Shown in pieces: positions 24,801-38,900 of a stretch of DNA of 64,000 bases; position 1 is the stretch's first letter; the number at the start of each line of letters is the position of its first letter. The stretch is from Eledone cirrhosa (Eukaryota). The stretch lies in NCBI GenBank assembly GCA_964016885.1, contig OZ024743.1, positions 326,244,001 to 326,308,000 on the forward strand, given 5' to 3'. A program made the translations under genes and the position numbers. The notes beneath the pieces were generated by a model. That model was given only the letters and a program-made list of their open reading frames with translations, searched no databases and was not told the origin of the DNA.

Positions 24801-27800
24801 ACCTTATCATTTTCTCTGCTACATACAAGATGTGGTTAATCTGGTTTCATATTGGGTATGATTTCCTAAAAATTTAGCATCATTATCTTAGTTTTATTAT
24901 TAGAGAGATAAGACCTCCACATAAACATCATTTCCTAAAAATGTTGCGCTTGCACCCATGGATGCAGCTTGGTTGAATGACAAAGAGGTTTGTTTCACAA
25001 TCATTAGGTCCCTAGTTCAATTCCATTGCTTAGCATCTTCGACAAATGACATTTACCATAACCTCAAATCAACGCATGTCCTGTGAGTGAATTTGAGTAG
25101 ACAGAAACTGTTTGGAAACTCATTGAATGGACTGTACTTATAATTCAAAGGGCTGGTCTTGTCACTGTGTCATGCTGAATCTCCCTGAGAATTACTTTAA
25201 ATGTACATGCGCTTCTTGAATGCTCAGCCCTTTACATGTTAATTTCATGAGCATGATCTTCCATTGATTGGACAAATGGAACACTCTTTGTTGAAACTGG
25301 CAGAGGTCCATTTCAGACTTTTGTTCTTGAGAACTTACTATTGCTCACATATGGCCTCCACGTATCTCTTGCATTGGAAGTCTTCTGCTACTACAATATG
25401 ATTGTCTTCTGTAATACGTTCTGTATCAATAACTTTCTTCTTGTTACTTCCTTACTCTTTTCCCTATAAAATGATACTACCTACTCCCATATCTCTTAGC
25501 CTTTTGTATACACATGTATCATTCACATGGAATGGATCTTAGCCTTTTGTATACACATGTATCATCCACATGGAATGGATCTTAACCTTTTGTATACACA
25601 TGTATCATCCACATTGAATGGATCTTAACCTTTTGTATACACATGTATCATCCACATGGAATGGATCTTAACCTTTTGTATACACATGTATCATCCACAT
25701 GGAATGGATCTTAACCTTTTGTATACACATGTATCATCCACATGGAATGGATCTTAGCCTTTTGTATACACATGTATCGTTCACATGGAATGGATCTTAG
25801 CCTTTTGTATACACATGTATCATCCACATGGAATGGATCTTAACCTTTTGTATACACATGTATCATCCACATTGAATGGATCTTAACCTTTTGTATACAT
25901 GTATCATCCACATGGAATGTTAAGTGTTTCAGTTGTGAATAGTCTGCTCATGCAATTAACATGTACGTGGCTAAGCATTCCATAGACACATGTACCCATA
26001 ACATAATTCTTAGGAAGATTCAGTGTGACCCAGTGTGTAACATGAGTGGTCCTTTGAATTGTACATACAGTTTGTTCAGTGGGCTTCCAAACAGTTTCTG
26101 TCAACCCAATTTCACTTATAAGGTATGGGTCAACTAGTGGCTATGATAAATGACTCATGCCCAAGATACCATGCTGTAGAATCGAACTCGGGACCTAATG
26201 ATTGCAAAGCCAACCTCCTAGCCATTCAGCTAGGCTGCATCCATATCATCCACCATTAACCTAGACACTCCCCCTCAGACTGCATCACATTTTTAACAGA
26301 AGCTCCCAAAACACCCTCAAATAGAGACACGACAATCTAGTTAGTACCAAAGTATGGTCACTACATCGTCCCTACTAATGAGCAATGCAAAATTAAAAGC
26401 CCTCAACCTTCTTACCACCTCACATCGTTGATAATCTCTCATGATGGCCACCCATCTAGAATATTGCTAACACTCTCCTCTAGTTAACTGCATAATAAGA
26501 AAACACTGTAGTTCTAGTTAGTTACCAACCCTTTACAAAACACAAATGTTGTCCATTATAGAATATTGCTCCCATCTATGGATTGGTGCTGTACTTACAT
26601 CTACAAACATTCTAAACCTCATTCAGCTGATTCAAAAAAATTCACTCTTCAACATAGTACAACCTCTAGCTAACAGACAGATGTGTTTCATCCTTCTATC
26701 TCTTCAAATATTAATATAAGAGCTTTTCTTCCTCTGAATTAGCTAGATACATGTTTTGAAGATTACTAGTTTACATAGCATTAAGAATTTATCTATAGTA
26801 TTAAAATATTAAATATCCCACTATGTGTTTCAAATATATAGTTTTGCTGATCTTTTTTGATGTGTTCTTTACAGAAGGCAGCTGCTCTACAAGCAAAAGC
26901 CGAACAAGAAGAACAGGCTCGTCTTGAAGAAGAAAAAGCAAGAATTGCTGCTGAAGAGAAAGCTCGAGCTGAGCAGAAGGCTCGAGCAGAGAAAGAGGCC
27001 AAAAAGAGACGGAAACAGCGAAAATCTGAAGAATCTCTTGACAAAACAATGATAGATTTATTTAAACCTGATGGAGTGATTGTCCATGAATCTTCAACAC
27101 AAGCAAAGAAAGAACATGAAACGGACATCCAAGTTGATGTTGTCTCTCAGACTTTACCTGAGAAATCTTCTGCTACACACTCTAGTCTTCAAAGCAATAA
27201 TTCTGCTACAAAGACTGTTAGCTTTTCTTCTAGTGAACTACCATCTAAAGTTTCATCTCCTGGGAATAAAACTGCCATTACACCTAGCAAACCAGTCCAT
27301 TCTTCTCCAAATCATCACAAAGCATCTGCTACAAGCTACACTGTGAATTCCAGTCAAACTGACAATGAAAAGATGTCTCCTGATAGCAATGAGGACATTC
27401 CACTTTCAATACAGAATAAAATAGCAACTTCTTCTAATAAGGAATCAGTTGCTTCAATGACTGTAGCTGATAAGTTTGTCACTGCTAATCTAGATCTTAG
27501 TGAAGAAGGAGTTAGTACTGAAACCACTTCAGATGAACCAGTACATGAAAACAGAATAAAATCTAAGGCTGATTCAGTGCAGCCAGCTTCTAATGAAAGC
27601 CAGTCAGCTGCTTCAGTGAAAATGGAAGCTGAGACAACCATGTCAAATGACACCTTTACAGTAGATATCGATAATAAATCCTTAGCAGTGTCTATTGGCT
27701 GCCAAGCAGATGAGGATAGTGGTAAGTAATAATTAATAAAGTTTCTATAAAGTTGGATTCGTAATTTTTTTTTTTTAACTAGTCATCATTCTCTATTTAA

Positions 27801-30800
27801 ACTATGTCTAACCATTGTTAAGTCTTGGAGTTATTCCTAGTAATGGATGTATAGCCATGCAAGTTTCCCTTCAGAATAGTACATTACAGGAGGCAGTTTA
27901 TGACCTGGTTTTCATTCACACAATTATACATTATCATGCTACCACTGTCCCTACTCCCTTACCACTCTATCATTCTGGTTCCCCATAACACTCATATTAA
28001 CTCTTTTGTGGCTGTATTTCCTCATGAAATACATACTATTTCAATTAAGTAATGAAGGCACATGGCTTAGTGGTTAGAGCATTGGCTTGCAATCGAAAGG
28101 TTGTGAGTTCAATTCTCGGACCGGGTGATGTGTTGTTTCCTTGAGCAAAACACTTTATTTCACATTACTCCAGTTTACTCAGCTGTAGAAATGAGATGAT
28201 AGGACTGGGGTCCCTATCATTCCACTGTAAAGTTGTCGTAGAGGTTACCTCAGCAAAAAAGCACCCAGCCCACACTGTAAATGAGGTTGGTGTTAGGAAG
28301 GGCATCCAGCTGTAGAAATCAAGCCAGAATCAGTTCCCGTATGAGCAAGACAAGGTCAGCTGACTGGCTACTGCCCACAACAGGACAACCTGTCTAACCC
28401 ATGCTAGCGTGGAAGAACAGACGTAAAACGATGATGATGATGATGATGAAGACTTTTGAGTGATTTACTAAAATTATTAGTTATTTCATTACTAAGATTG
28501 TAACTTAACATATGGTTCTTATATAAAATTATGTTGGGAGATTTTAAATTAAATAGGTACCCTTTAAAATAGGTTGTTTTATTTCATAGAACCAGAGTTA
28601 GTTTTGGCTGCAATGGTATCAAGAGGGTGAATACTCTCAATTTCTGCCCCACAATGCTTTTAGCTGTTATCCACTATTCCCACACAGTCACATTTCTCAG
28701 ATGCTATCCACTACTAGCTTTTTTCTACAATGATCTATCCCTATTGCTCAATACTACCAACTACTAACATCTATCTACCATTGCCCCCCCCCCCCCCCTC
28801 CACACATGTATACTCTCTCCTCAGTAACCTCTTGGCCTTCACTCTCCTTCAAATTACACTTCAGGCATCATATAGTAGAAGGACACCTTTGCTATGTTGA
28901 GGCAAAACGACCTCTCCTGTGTTGGCACCACAGTGAAATGCACTTCATACACTTTTTAAAATGGTAACCTCTTTTTACATGGTAACCTCTCTAGTGCTGG
29001 TGCTATGATATCATGCATCCAGTACACTCAGTTAAATGGTTGGTGTTAGGAAAGGTAACCAGCCATAAAAATCACGCCAAAAATTTAACTATACAAGTGA
29101 GGCAGAGTCCTCCTTGGACCGATCTATGAGGGCAGTAACTCTGAATAAAATTGACTGTAATAACCTGTCCAGGCTATGCTAGCATGGTATGCAAATGTAT
29201 GATGATGATGATGATTTGTAGTCCCATATACTCAGTGCATCCACTGAAAACCCATTCCTGTCTGAAATTAGACCAAGTATATTTTTATGAAAAGATTTGA
29301 CTTCTCCAGTTGATCTACAATCTCATCATCATCATTTGTCAGTCATCCCTGCTAGTAAGGGTTGGACGGGTCTTCACTGATCAAGTCAGTACTCAAGTGG
29401 AGCTTCTGATCTCTTAGATGGGTAGAGGTCCTACATCTCGTTTACATGTTCTACCAAGTGCATTTTATTGTGGCCCTAGCACTAATGTGGGTGTCATATC
29501 ATTAACACAGTTGAAGAGTCTTCCTTAACCTTTGTTTGGCTGTTTTCTATAGTTGGATGCCATTCCTATCACCAACCACTTTACAGATTGTACTGAGTGC
29601 GTTTCTCCTGTAGAGCACCAACACTAGGGAAGTTGTCATGTTGTTTTACCCAATTGAAGCGTCCTCTTGATCCTTTTTGGCACAGTTTCAACAGTCGGAT
29701 ACTCTTCCTTTTGCCAACCTTACATGGACTAAGTGCATTTTTCATAGCACCAGCACTAGAGAGGTTGTCAGTCATCAATTCAAATATAGAGCCCTCTCTA
29801 CTGTACGAGAGAAGGATAATAAGTATGATGTCATGGACATATGACAAGTGAGGTGTGATATGAGTGGGATGGGGATAGGTTATCTCCAATGGCTTGCATT
29901 GCAGTACTGTGATGATAGCAGCTACTAAGATATTATGACTGGTGTGTCTGCATTTTAGGGCTGGGAGTTGTAGTGATGTAAGAATAGTTAAGGAGTTAAG
30001 CATGAATGGGTTGAGCATGTACAATAATGGTGAGGAATAGCTAGTAAGGAGCATGGATGGAATGGGGTTATACAGTGATGGCTAGTATAGCTACTAACGA
30101 GTTCTAGTGAAGGGAGGGGTACATGTGGATTGGTCCAGTCACATTTTTTGCGAGACATAGATATTCTTCAATACAACATTTCACCAGTTTTCGTGGTCCT
30201 TTGTCATCTGAGTTGTGAGTTTCAACTTCTTAAGGTCAGTTTTCATTACCTCATCCAATATCTTGCTAAGATTCCCATTTCCATGAGTCCGAACCACTGA
30301 GATTTCCTCTTATACCAAGTTTTTCTCTCAGCTCACTTATGCTACATCATTTATGCACACTAATGATACACATCCATCGGAGCATACTTGCTTCATTTCT
30401 TTCTAGCCTTCTCAGGTCTTCTACAGTCAAGGCAGGCCCATGTCTCACTGCCACGTAGCATTGCAGTTTGCATGCAGGCATTATACAGTCTATCCTTCAC
30501 TTTGAGAGAAAAGCCCTTTGTTGTCAGCAGAGATTCTAATTCCTTAAGCCACTTCCAGCCTGTTCTTAAACCTGGTTATCACTTTTCAGAACATACCATC
30601 CTATTCCCACAGCTGATTAGATCACCTGTCAACAACTTCTAAGGAGCTTCTCTGACAATCGAAGGAAAGATATATATTAGATTATTTTACTATAAAGCAC
30701 ATATGGAAGAGATGCTACAACTCATAGGCAAGCCTTCACTCACTAATACACAACAATCACTAGCTCATCAATGTGTTGTGTACTTCCTATATCTCTTTTA

Positions 30801-33800
30801 CTTCTGTATGGACACATCATGACCAAATGGTTAAGAAGTTTGTGCTGTAACCATTAGGTCCCATGTTCAATCCTATTGCATGGCATCTTGGGCAAGTGTT
30901 ATTTGGGTTGACCACATGAATGAAACTGTTTAGAAGTTTGCTTGATGAACTGTACATGTAATTTGAAGGGCCAGCCTCATCACACATTGTGTCATATTGA
31001 ATCTCCTTAAGAATTTCATTAAAGGTACACATGTCTGTGGAATGCTCAGCCACCTATACATTAATTTCATCTGCAGGCTGTCCCATTGATTTCACAACTA
31101 GAACTCCCATCATTAAAACCAACAGAGATCCTTTACACTACTACTACTAGCAAACTATTTACAGCTTCAAACACATCTCACCTTCATTATTTCTCAGTGA
31201 ATTGGCAGTATCGGTAGAGGGTCGGACGCCATGCTTTCCACCGTAGTTACGTCCCTTTACGGTCTGAGTTCAAATCCCGTCGAGGTTAACTTTGCCTTTC
31301 ATCCTTACGGGGTCGATAAAATAAAGTACCAGTAATGCACTAGGTAATTGCTGGCCTTGTGCCAAAAGTAGAAACAAATATTTCTCAAAACTTGTACAAA
31401 ATATTTTCCACAATCCTTCCTATTCAATATTCCAACCCTCTGGAACTCACTTCTAGATGACAATCTTTCTTATAGATGTTAAACCCCAGGAGCTCAAGGT
31501 GAACATCAATCACACCAACTTAACTGGGAATGCCCTGCAATGGCAATGGACTGTATCTGTCTTCCTCACATTAACCTTTTTGTTACTGTATTTCTAATGA
31601 AAGATACTGTATATAATTTTGAAAGTAGTCAAGAGTCTTGGGCAGGATTTAGTAGTATTACTAAGTTTTATATTATTTATCTAATGTTTAGAACATCACT
31701 TAACAAAAGTTGTTATATAAAATTATGATGAAAGGTTGTTAGATAAAACTAACAGCTTTATATTGTAGGACCAGGGCGAGTTTCAGGTGGTTTGATATCA
31801 GAAAGGTTAAACAAATATCCTTGATAATTTCAGTCTGTTGACCAGAGATGCACAAATTATCTCATTCCCAGATTCATATCCTTTACAAATTCATCACTCC
31901 ACCATATTTGTCTTACTCATAATCTCATCTCACACATTAATCACCCCCAACATGTTCATCTCATCCACATATATTTCATCTCATCTGCATTTATTTCATC
32001 TAAAACACAAATATATACTAAGATGTTATTTTACTTTTGTTTTAGAATATGAATATGTTAGCTGCACTGAGGAGATGGAAGAGGATCGACATCTGCAACC
32101 GCGACTTCAAGGAAAAACCTGCACCATTTGTAACATGGTGCAAGACAATCAGTAAGTTGGTATTATTGCATTACTAGACATATGCCATGAGTTGATCTAT
32201 TATGGTAATTCAAGTAAATTTCTATTATCTCCTTTGTCCTTTGTTAACTTTTAATATCGTGTAATGATTTAGCAGAAAATATCTAAAAACGAAGTTTGTT
32301 AATTCAAATATTTATAGTGTCTTTATTAGTGGTCAGATTGTTGTGAAAATTTGCAGTATTAGAGCAAAAACTTCTATTTTCAATGTGATGCAGTCATTGT
32401 GTTGTTTTGAATGTTTCAAGAATGTCTTGCTAATCTGGTTTCATGTGGTACAGGATGTTGATACTGTGAAACATACAACTCTCAAATATACAGCTCACTT
32501 AGCTACAAATCAGTACAATCATTATCATCATCCTCATTTAACGTCTACATGAGTCATCACAGACCAAGTCACTACTTAATTGGAGCCCATAACCTCTCAG
32601 ACCCGCTGGAGGCTGCTGGCCACATCTCACTTACATATGTTCTTGCACTCTACCAGATATTATTGTAGCACCAGAACCAAGGTAGTTATGTCTTTAACAC
32701 AATTGAAAAGTCCTCTCAACCCTTTGTTTGGCCAGTTTTCAATGACTGGATGTTAACCACTTTACTAAGTATATTGGGTGCATTTTATGTCACCAACCCC
32801 AAAGAAGTTGTGCCCTTGACACAACTGAAATGTTCTCATGACTCTCAATGGATTATAGAATTCACTCCACATTTTGCAAGCATTTTGATAATAGCTGCAG
32901 TTTATTAATGTTTTCTGTGTCTCTTGCAGATATCTTGTAGACTGTGATATATGCAGAAAGAGCTTCCATGGCCATTGTGCTGAACTGACTTTGGAAGATA
33001 TGCAAAGGATTTTACAAGATGGAGAAAAATTTGTCTGTGATAACTGTCCTTTGGAAGGAACCCCTCCATCTGGTGCATTGACAACTGAACCAACAAAAGA
33101 AGAGTCTACAACTTCAGAGGCTGCAGGTTGGTTACATTTTACATATTAATGATTTCTCTTTATACAACTATACCCAACAAAAAAATATAACAAACCTAAA
33201 CTTGCTAAAAACACACCACACAATACAATTACCCACATAAATAAAAATCACAACAGAAAAAAGTATTTGTACCAGAGACCATTTAACAGAGATCTCAGCC
33301 CACATCCACACACTGTCAGAGGCAGGATGCAATATATAAAATTTTTCCTTTACACTGTGTCACCTCCACCCTACAACCAATCCTAGCAGTGCTACCTCCA
33401 GTCTACGACAAGTAGTAATTGTATCCTCACAAATCCATACAACCTAGTTCTTAATATATACCTTTATAACCTAACAGTCAGCCTGGTTGTAGGGTGGGAC
33501 AGGCACAGTTAGAACTAACTGCCAGCTGGCTGGTAGAAATCTGGTTGTAGGTTTAGTGTAGTAGATATATCTAGACTGGACTGTAGGATGACAGGGACTG
33601 TTCTAAAACGAATTCTTCAGAGTTCACAACTAAAACATAGAAGAAGTAGGTGTATGAATAATGTGCACCATAACTCTCATTTTATTATATAATCAGAAAA
33701 ATATTTGAACTAATATTAATAAAAAAGTAAGCTATTTTTCTTTTTATTTGGTGTCTGTATTAGAATATATTTTGCTCAATTATTAGAACCACTAATATTT

Positions 33801-35904
33801 AAATCAAACTGTGTTACTATATAATAGTGTGAACATAATATCTATTGTGCTTCTATCTTCATGTAACCCATACAGCATATATCAAAATAACTAATTAAAA
33901 ATACAAGGTTAAAAAAAAAATTATATTTGTTCCATAATTAGACTTTGTGATTCCCTAATTTTAAAAATAACAATGCAAACACTGAAGCAAGCAAACCAAA
34001 CTAGACAAAAACAGTAGCACTTAATTTTTTAGTAATTGAATTGTATTAGATGTAGGAAATTATAGTTGCAGTGCTCAATACATATTTGACATTATTATAG
34101 ACTAGCAGTAAAGCCCGGCGTTGCTCGGGGTCGCTCAGTAGCTGTGTTAAAGTTACAATGTTAAGTTTCTTTCTTGGCTTAAAAACTGTAGTGTCTACTG
34201 TGCAGACTTGCATGTGGTGTTTTTGATTAATATTCCCTCAACCAACAATATGCCTTATGAAGTTAAGAAAACATAACGATAACCCGAATGTTATAACAAA
34301 AGAGGATGCTGGGGATAGAAACTGCACTGGTTATTTATTAACAAAGATCGAAAATGTAAACACTGCAACGCAGAGAAAAACATTAGCGTAACCAAATTAT
34401 CAGTTATGTCTGTCTGCACGCCTATATCACCTCTCTGCACGACTGTCTGTCTGCACGCCTATATCACCTCTCTGCACAACTGTCTGTCTGCACGCCTATA
34501 TCACCTCTGCACGACTGTCTCACCTCTCTGCACGACTGTCTGTCTGCACGCGTATATCACCTCTCTGCACGACTGTCTGTCTGCACGCGTATATCACCTC
34601 TCTGCACGACTGTCTGTCTGCACGACTGTCTGTCTGCACGCCTAACGACGAAATATTTGCTTGTTTTACGTAGTTTTTAAATAGACTTGTTTTCAAGTAA
34701 AAATATTGTTTTAAAATGCTTTTAAATGGAAATGAAGCAAAACGGAAGCTTAGTGTTTGAACTGATGAATTTTGCAGGTCAATATTTTGCTGGCTCGTGT
34801 TAATGTCATTTTAAACGCTGAGAAAGCCAGCGTAATTTTTTACGTAAGACGCTCAATGTAAACAGAACAAAGGGAAACAACTGATAACTTACGCTCAAAA
34901 ATCGATACATTATATTCGATTTCGTCACATAGGGTGGGTCAATTTGAAATATTTTTTTTCCGATGTCTTCGCTAGGGCTCAATGTACAAGTCTAGCAATT
35001 TCGGTGCAATTCCGTGAGAGATTCTAAGAGGAGATGTGTGCCAAAAATCGATAGACAGACAGACAACCACAGTTTTATATATATAGATTAGTGTGGGATA
35101 TGCTTTGTGGTATTTGTTCTGGCACTTTGTGTTCTGAGTTCAAATACTGCTGTGGTCTACATGGATCATCATCATCATCATCATCATCATCATATTCCCC
35201 CTTTCCACACTGGTATAGTTTTTACAGGTTGTCATAGTGCATAATCAGAGACTAAATGGATTGGGGACCAATCTTGCTTATTACGTTCTATATTTGGCAC
35301 AGTTTCTACAGCTGGATAACCTTTCTAATGCCACTTGCCTTACATGGCATTGGCTCTCAAACTTCACATTGTTTCCATTTGATTGCTTCTGGTCTCTCAC
35401 TAAGTTTACTTTTAGTGTTGCAACGCTTGTACAGGTGGACAGGTCTTCTGTATTGTGGCGTATCACTAGTCAGCTTAGTCCTGTATCATCTTAATGAGAT
35501 TCAGTTTATATTGACATAATTGACATAACAATTTATCTCTTGGTTTAACACCACCTAGCCCTTGCATGTCCTTAGAGAAGATGTAAGCATTCAAGTTAGA
35601 TTTCCAGTTTGAAGATGCCTTCATCCTTTCCATCAGTCCCCCAAGTCCCTGAAAGGCATCATGGCTACTGCTCTTCCCTCCCTGACGAAAGAATAAAAAA
35701 AAAAAAAAAAAGATAAAAGAAATATAACAATTTTCTTTTCTTCCAGTTCCTGTTCAGGTTGATACATCAATATCTGATAATGTCAAACCAAAGGAAGACA
35801 GCAGTGACTCAACTAAGAAAACCAAAGTATGTTTCTAAACTTTTTTTGCTTTAAATTTGAAAATTGCATTTTTTTTTTCAGTTTCCATCTGAATTTAAAA
35901 ATTG

Positions 35905-35937
<33 letters not shown>

Positions 35938-38900
35938 AAATAATTAAAGCAGTTAAATTCAAATTCGAAATTTGAAAATGTGAGTATTCCAATGAAAAAT
36001 GATCATAATAATAGTTTATCACTATAAATAATAGTTGAGAAAATTAGAGGAAAAAGTGGATGTAGAGAGCTATCTACTTTTTACTGTCTACAGAATTACT
36101 TTACCTGATTTTCTCAACTATTATGGTCATTTCCATTGGGACACACATATTTGAAATTTAAAAATAATTATTTTCTATCATTTTCTTCTATGTTTTTCAA
36201 TGTTAATATAAATTCCTATACAATTTAATTTGTAAATTAAAAGTTAATCCCTGTGAGATTTAACTCACTTTTGAGGGCTAAGACTAATCTGGACTTCTAG
36301 TGTTTTAGCCTTTCCAATCATCATCATCATTTAACGTGTGTTTCCTCTGCTAGCATGGGTTGGACAGGTCATGACAGACCAAGTCAATACTTAATTGGAG
36401 TCACTGATATATAACATACCACCTCTACTTACTGTCATTCACTCCTACTCTCAATATGAAATATAACTTACAAACATAACTTGTCTTTGTATGTTTGTAA
36501 ATTATAAACGTTTCTATAAGAATATAGACATTGTTTATAGTTTTAGTGTTTTAAAGCAGCTAAATAGTTGGGAGGGCTCTTCGCTTGTATCATAGACATG
36601 ACAACCAGCCTAGTGCTTGATGGATGACACCTGGTGCATTCTGTAGAGTGTGGGAATATGAGATCTGGCAGGTCAGTTGCCAAGACCTATCCAATCCTTT
36701 CTAGCAGAGAGAACAGGCATTAAATGATAATAATTGTTTCTACTTTAGGCACAAGGCCAGCAATTACCCAGTGCATTACTGGTACTTTATTTTATTGACC
36801 CCGTAAGGATGAAAGGCAAAGATAATAATGATAAGGATTATAACAAATTACAATGTAAACCAACATTAATATTTTTTCTGTTTATTGCTTTTATTTATTA
36901 TTATTTTTTTTAGAATAAAAAATCTCTGTCAAGTGAAGCAAGTGTTTCCAAAGCCGCCACTTCAAAGGAGTCGGTAACCAATAGTGATGTGACCACAACA
37001 ACCAAGAAAACACTAACATCGAGTGCCAAGAAAGATAAACTAACTGCTGCTAGTAGTGAAGCTATACCTAAGAAGGATGCATTGATGCATCACACTACTC
37101 CTTTGACAACTACAAAACTCACACATGGGTCCACTCCAGTGTCCACTACAAAATCTACTTCCGTGTCCACTGTGAAGGCCACTCCTGTGTCCACAACAAA
37201 AACAACCCCTGTGTCCACAACAAAAACAACCCCTGTGTCCACAACAAAAACAACCCCTGTGTCCACAACAAAAACCACCCCTGTGTCCACAACAAAAACC
37301 ACCCCTGTGTCCACAACAAAAACCACCCCTGTGTCCACAACAAAAACCACCCCTGTGTCCACTACAAGAACCACTCCAGTGTCCACTACAAAAACAACTC
37401 CAGTGACTACAAAGACCACTCCTGTACCCACTATAAAAACCACTCCAGTGTCCACACAAAAATCCACTCCTGTATCTACAACAAAGACCACTCCTGTGTC
37501 CTCTACAAAAACTACTCCTGTGTTTGCTATAAAAACTACTCCAGCATCCACTACAAAGGCCACACCTGTTTCCACTACAAAGGTCACTCCTGGGTCCACT
37601 GTGAACACCACTCCTGTGTCTGTATCAAAAAAAGGTCCAAATGAAAGCAAACCATCTCGAAAAAGTTCCAAAGACGGGGATCCTGAGAAAGAGAAGCAAC
37701 AGAAGTCTGTTATTGGTAAAGATGTTAAGAGAAAATTGTCTGTAGAACACAATGAATCAAAAGATGGTAAAGACCACCAACATTCAAGAGAGCGTGCTGA
37801 GGTTAGTAGCAAGGAGAGGAGGTTTAAGGATAGGAAGGATTACAGCAGGGATAAACATAAATCTTCTTCAAAAGATCGTGACAGGCGTGATAGCAAAGAT
37901 AAAGATTATGCAAACAATCCTCCGAGCACAAAGACATTTGGAAATATGACTCCTCGCAAACCTGAAGTGTCTTCTGCTCAAGTATCATCCAGTACTGGGC
38001 ATGGTACTGAAACTGATAAGAAAACATCCCCAACATCAGATGCTACAAAGAAGAAAAAACTTCTTCATTTTAAAGATATGGTAATTGTCTTTTTACATTT
38101 AAGATTTTTTTCTCCTTTTCATGACACCTATTTACTGTTAACATATATCGTTGACAAAATATGCACTTTTGATTCTTTGTCACTTCAGATGCCATCTTGT
38201 CAACTAAGCTATAAGTGACTCTCATGGAAATAGTCTGGTTATTACCTAATATTTTTGATAGAGATTTTTTTTTTAGGACCCTGTGCATCAGGTTTGTTAT
38301 AAGTACATAACCCTGTGCCATAAGAAGTGACTAAAAAGATTGGTTTCAGGAAGGACGTCCAGTTGTAAAACATTGCTTCAAAAAGTCTCGTCCAATCCAT
38401 GCCAGTATGGAAAAGTTACCATAAAAAGGTTGATAATGATGACAGTGCTTTTTCAATCTGGCTTGGTATTTGACAACCATGCTAGTGCTGATGTCATGAT
38501 AAAATGCACCCAGTACATCCTGTAAAGTGTTAGTATTCATACCACAATGAAAAGTACCCAGTCGATTCTGTAAAGTGAAAGTGCTGGTGTCATATGATAT
38601 GCACCTAACATACCCTGTAAGTTGTTGTTAGGCAGGGCATCCAGCATGGAAAAAAGACATAAAATGATGATGATGATTTCTCCAGATAACTTGTTTATTA
38701 GCAGAGTTGTTAAATCATTAAAGTGGTGTTACTTTTGGCTCTGTGCTCTGAGTTTCAATTCAGCCTTTTATCATTTCTAGGTTGATAAAATATTGTACCA
38801 TTTCAGGGTAATGGATGTTGAAAGTGATGCCTTGTGGTATTTGTTCTAGTTTTTTGCATTCTTAGTTCAAACTCTGCTGTGACCTATTTGGGTTTAACAC

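Noticed and set aside
25494-25919. CRISPR-like array
   Set aside because: The units are contiguous with no unique spacers, there are no cas genes, and the context is a eukaryotic intron.
28054-28130. tRNA gene (also 13425-13500 and other SINE heads)
   Set aside because: The A/B boxes run directly into SINE bodies with LINE tails and TSDs; these are SINE heads, not tRNA genes.
37040-37812. Antisense ORFs with CCGHRGGF or VVDTGVVF repeats as separate proteins
   Set aside because: They are shadow frames of the 24-bp coding repeat and have no independent splice or domain evidence.
38081-38218. Read-through of exon 9 as a short Dido1-like isoform
   Set aside because: The extension is short and intron-like, a good in-phase donor exists at 38081, and nothing in the sequence supports an alternative end.
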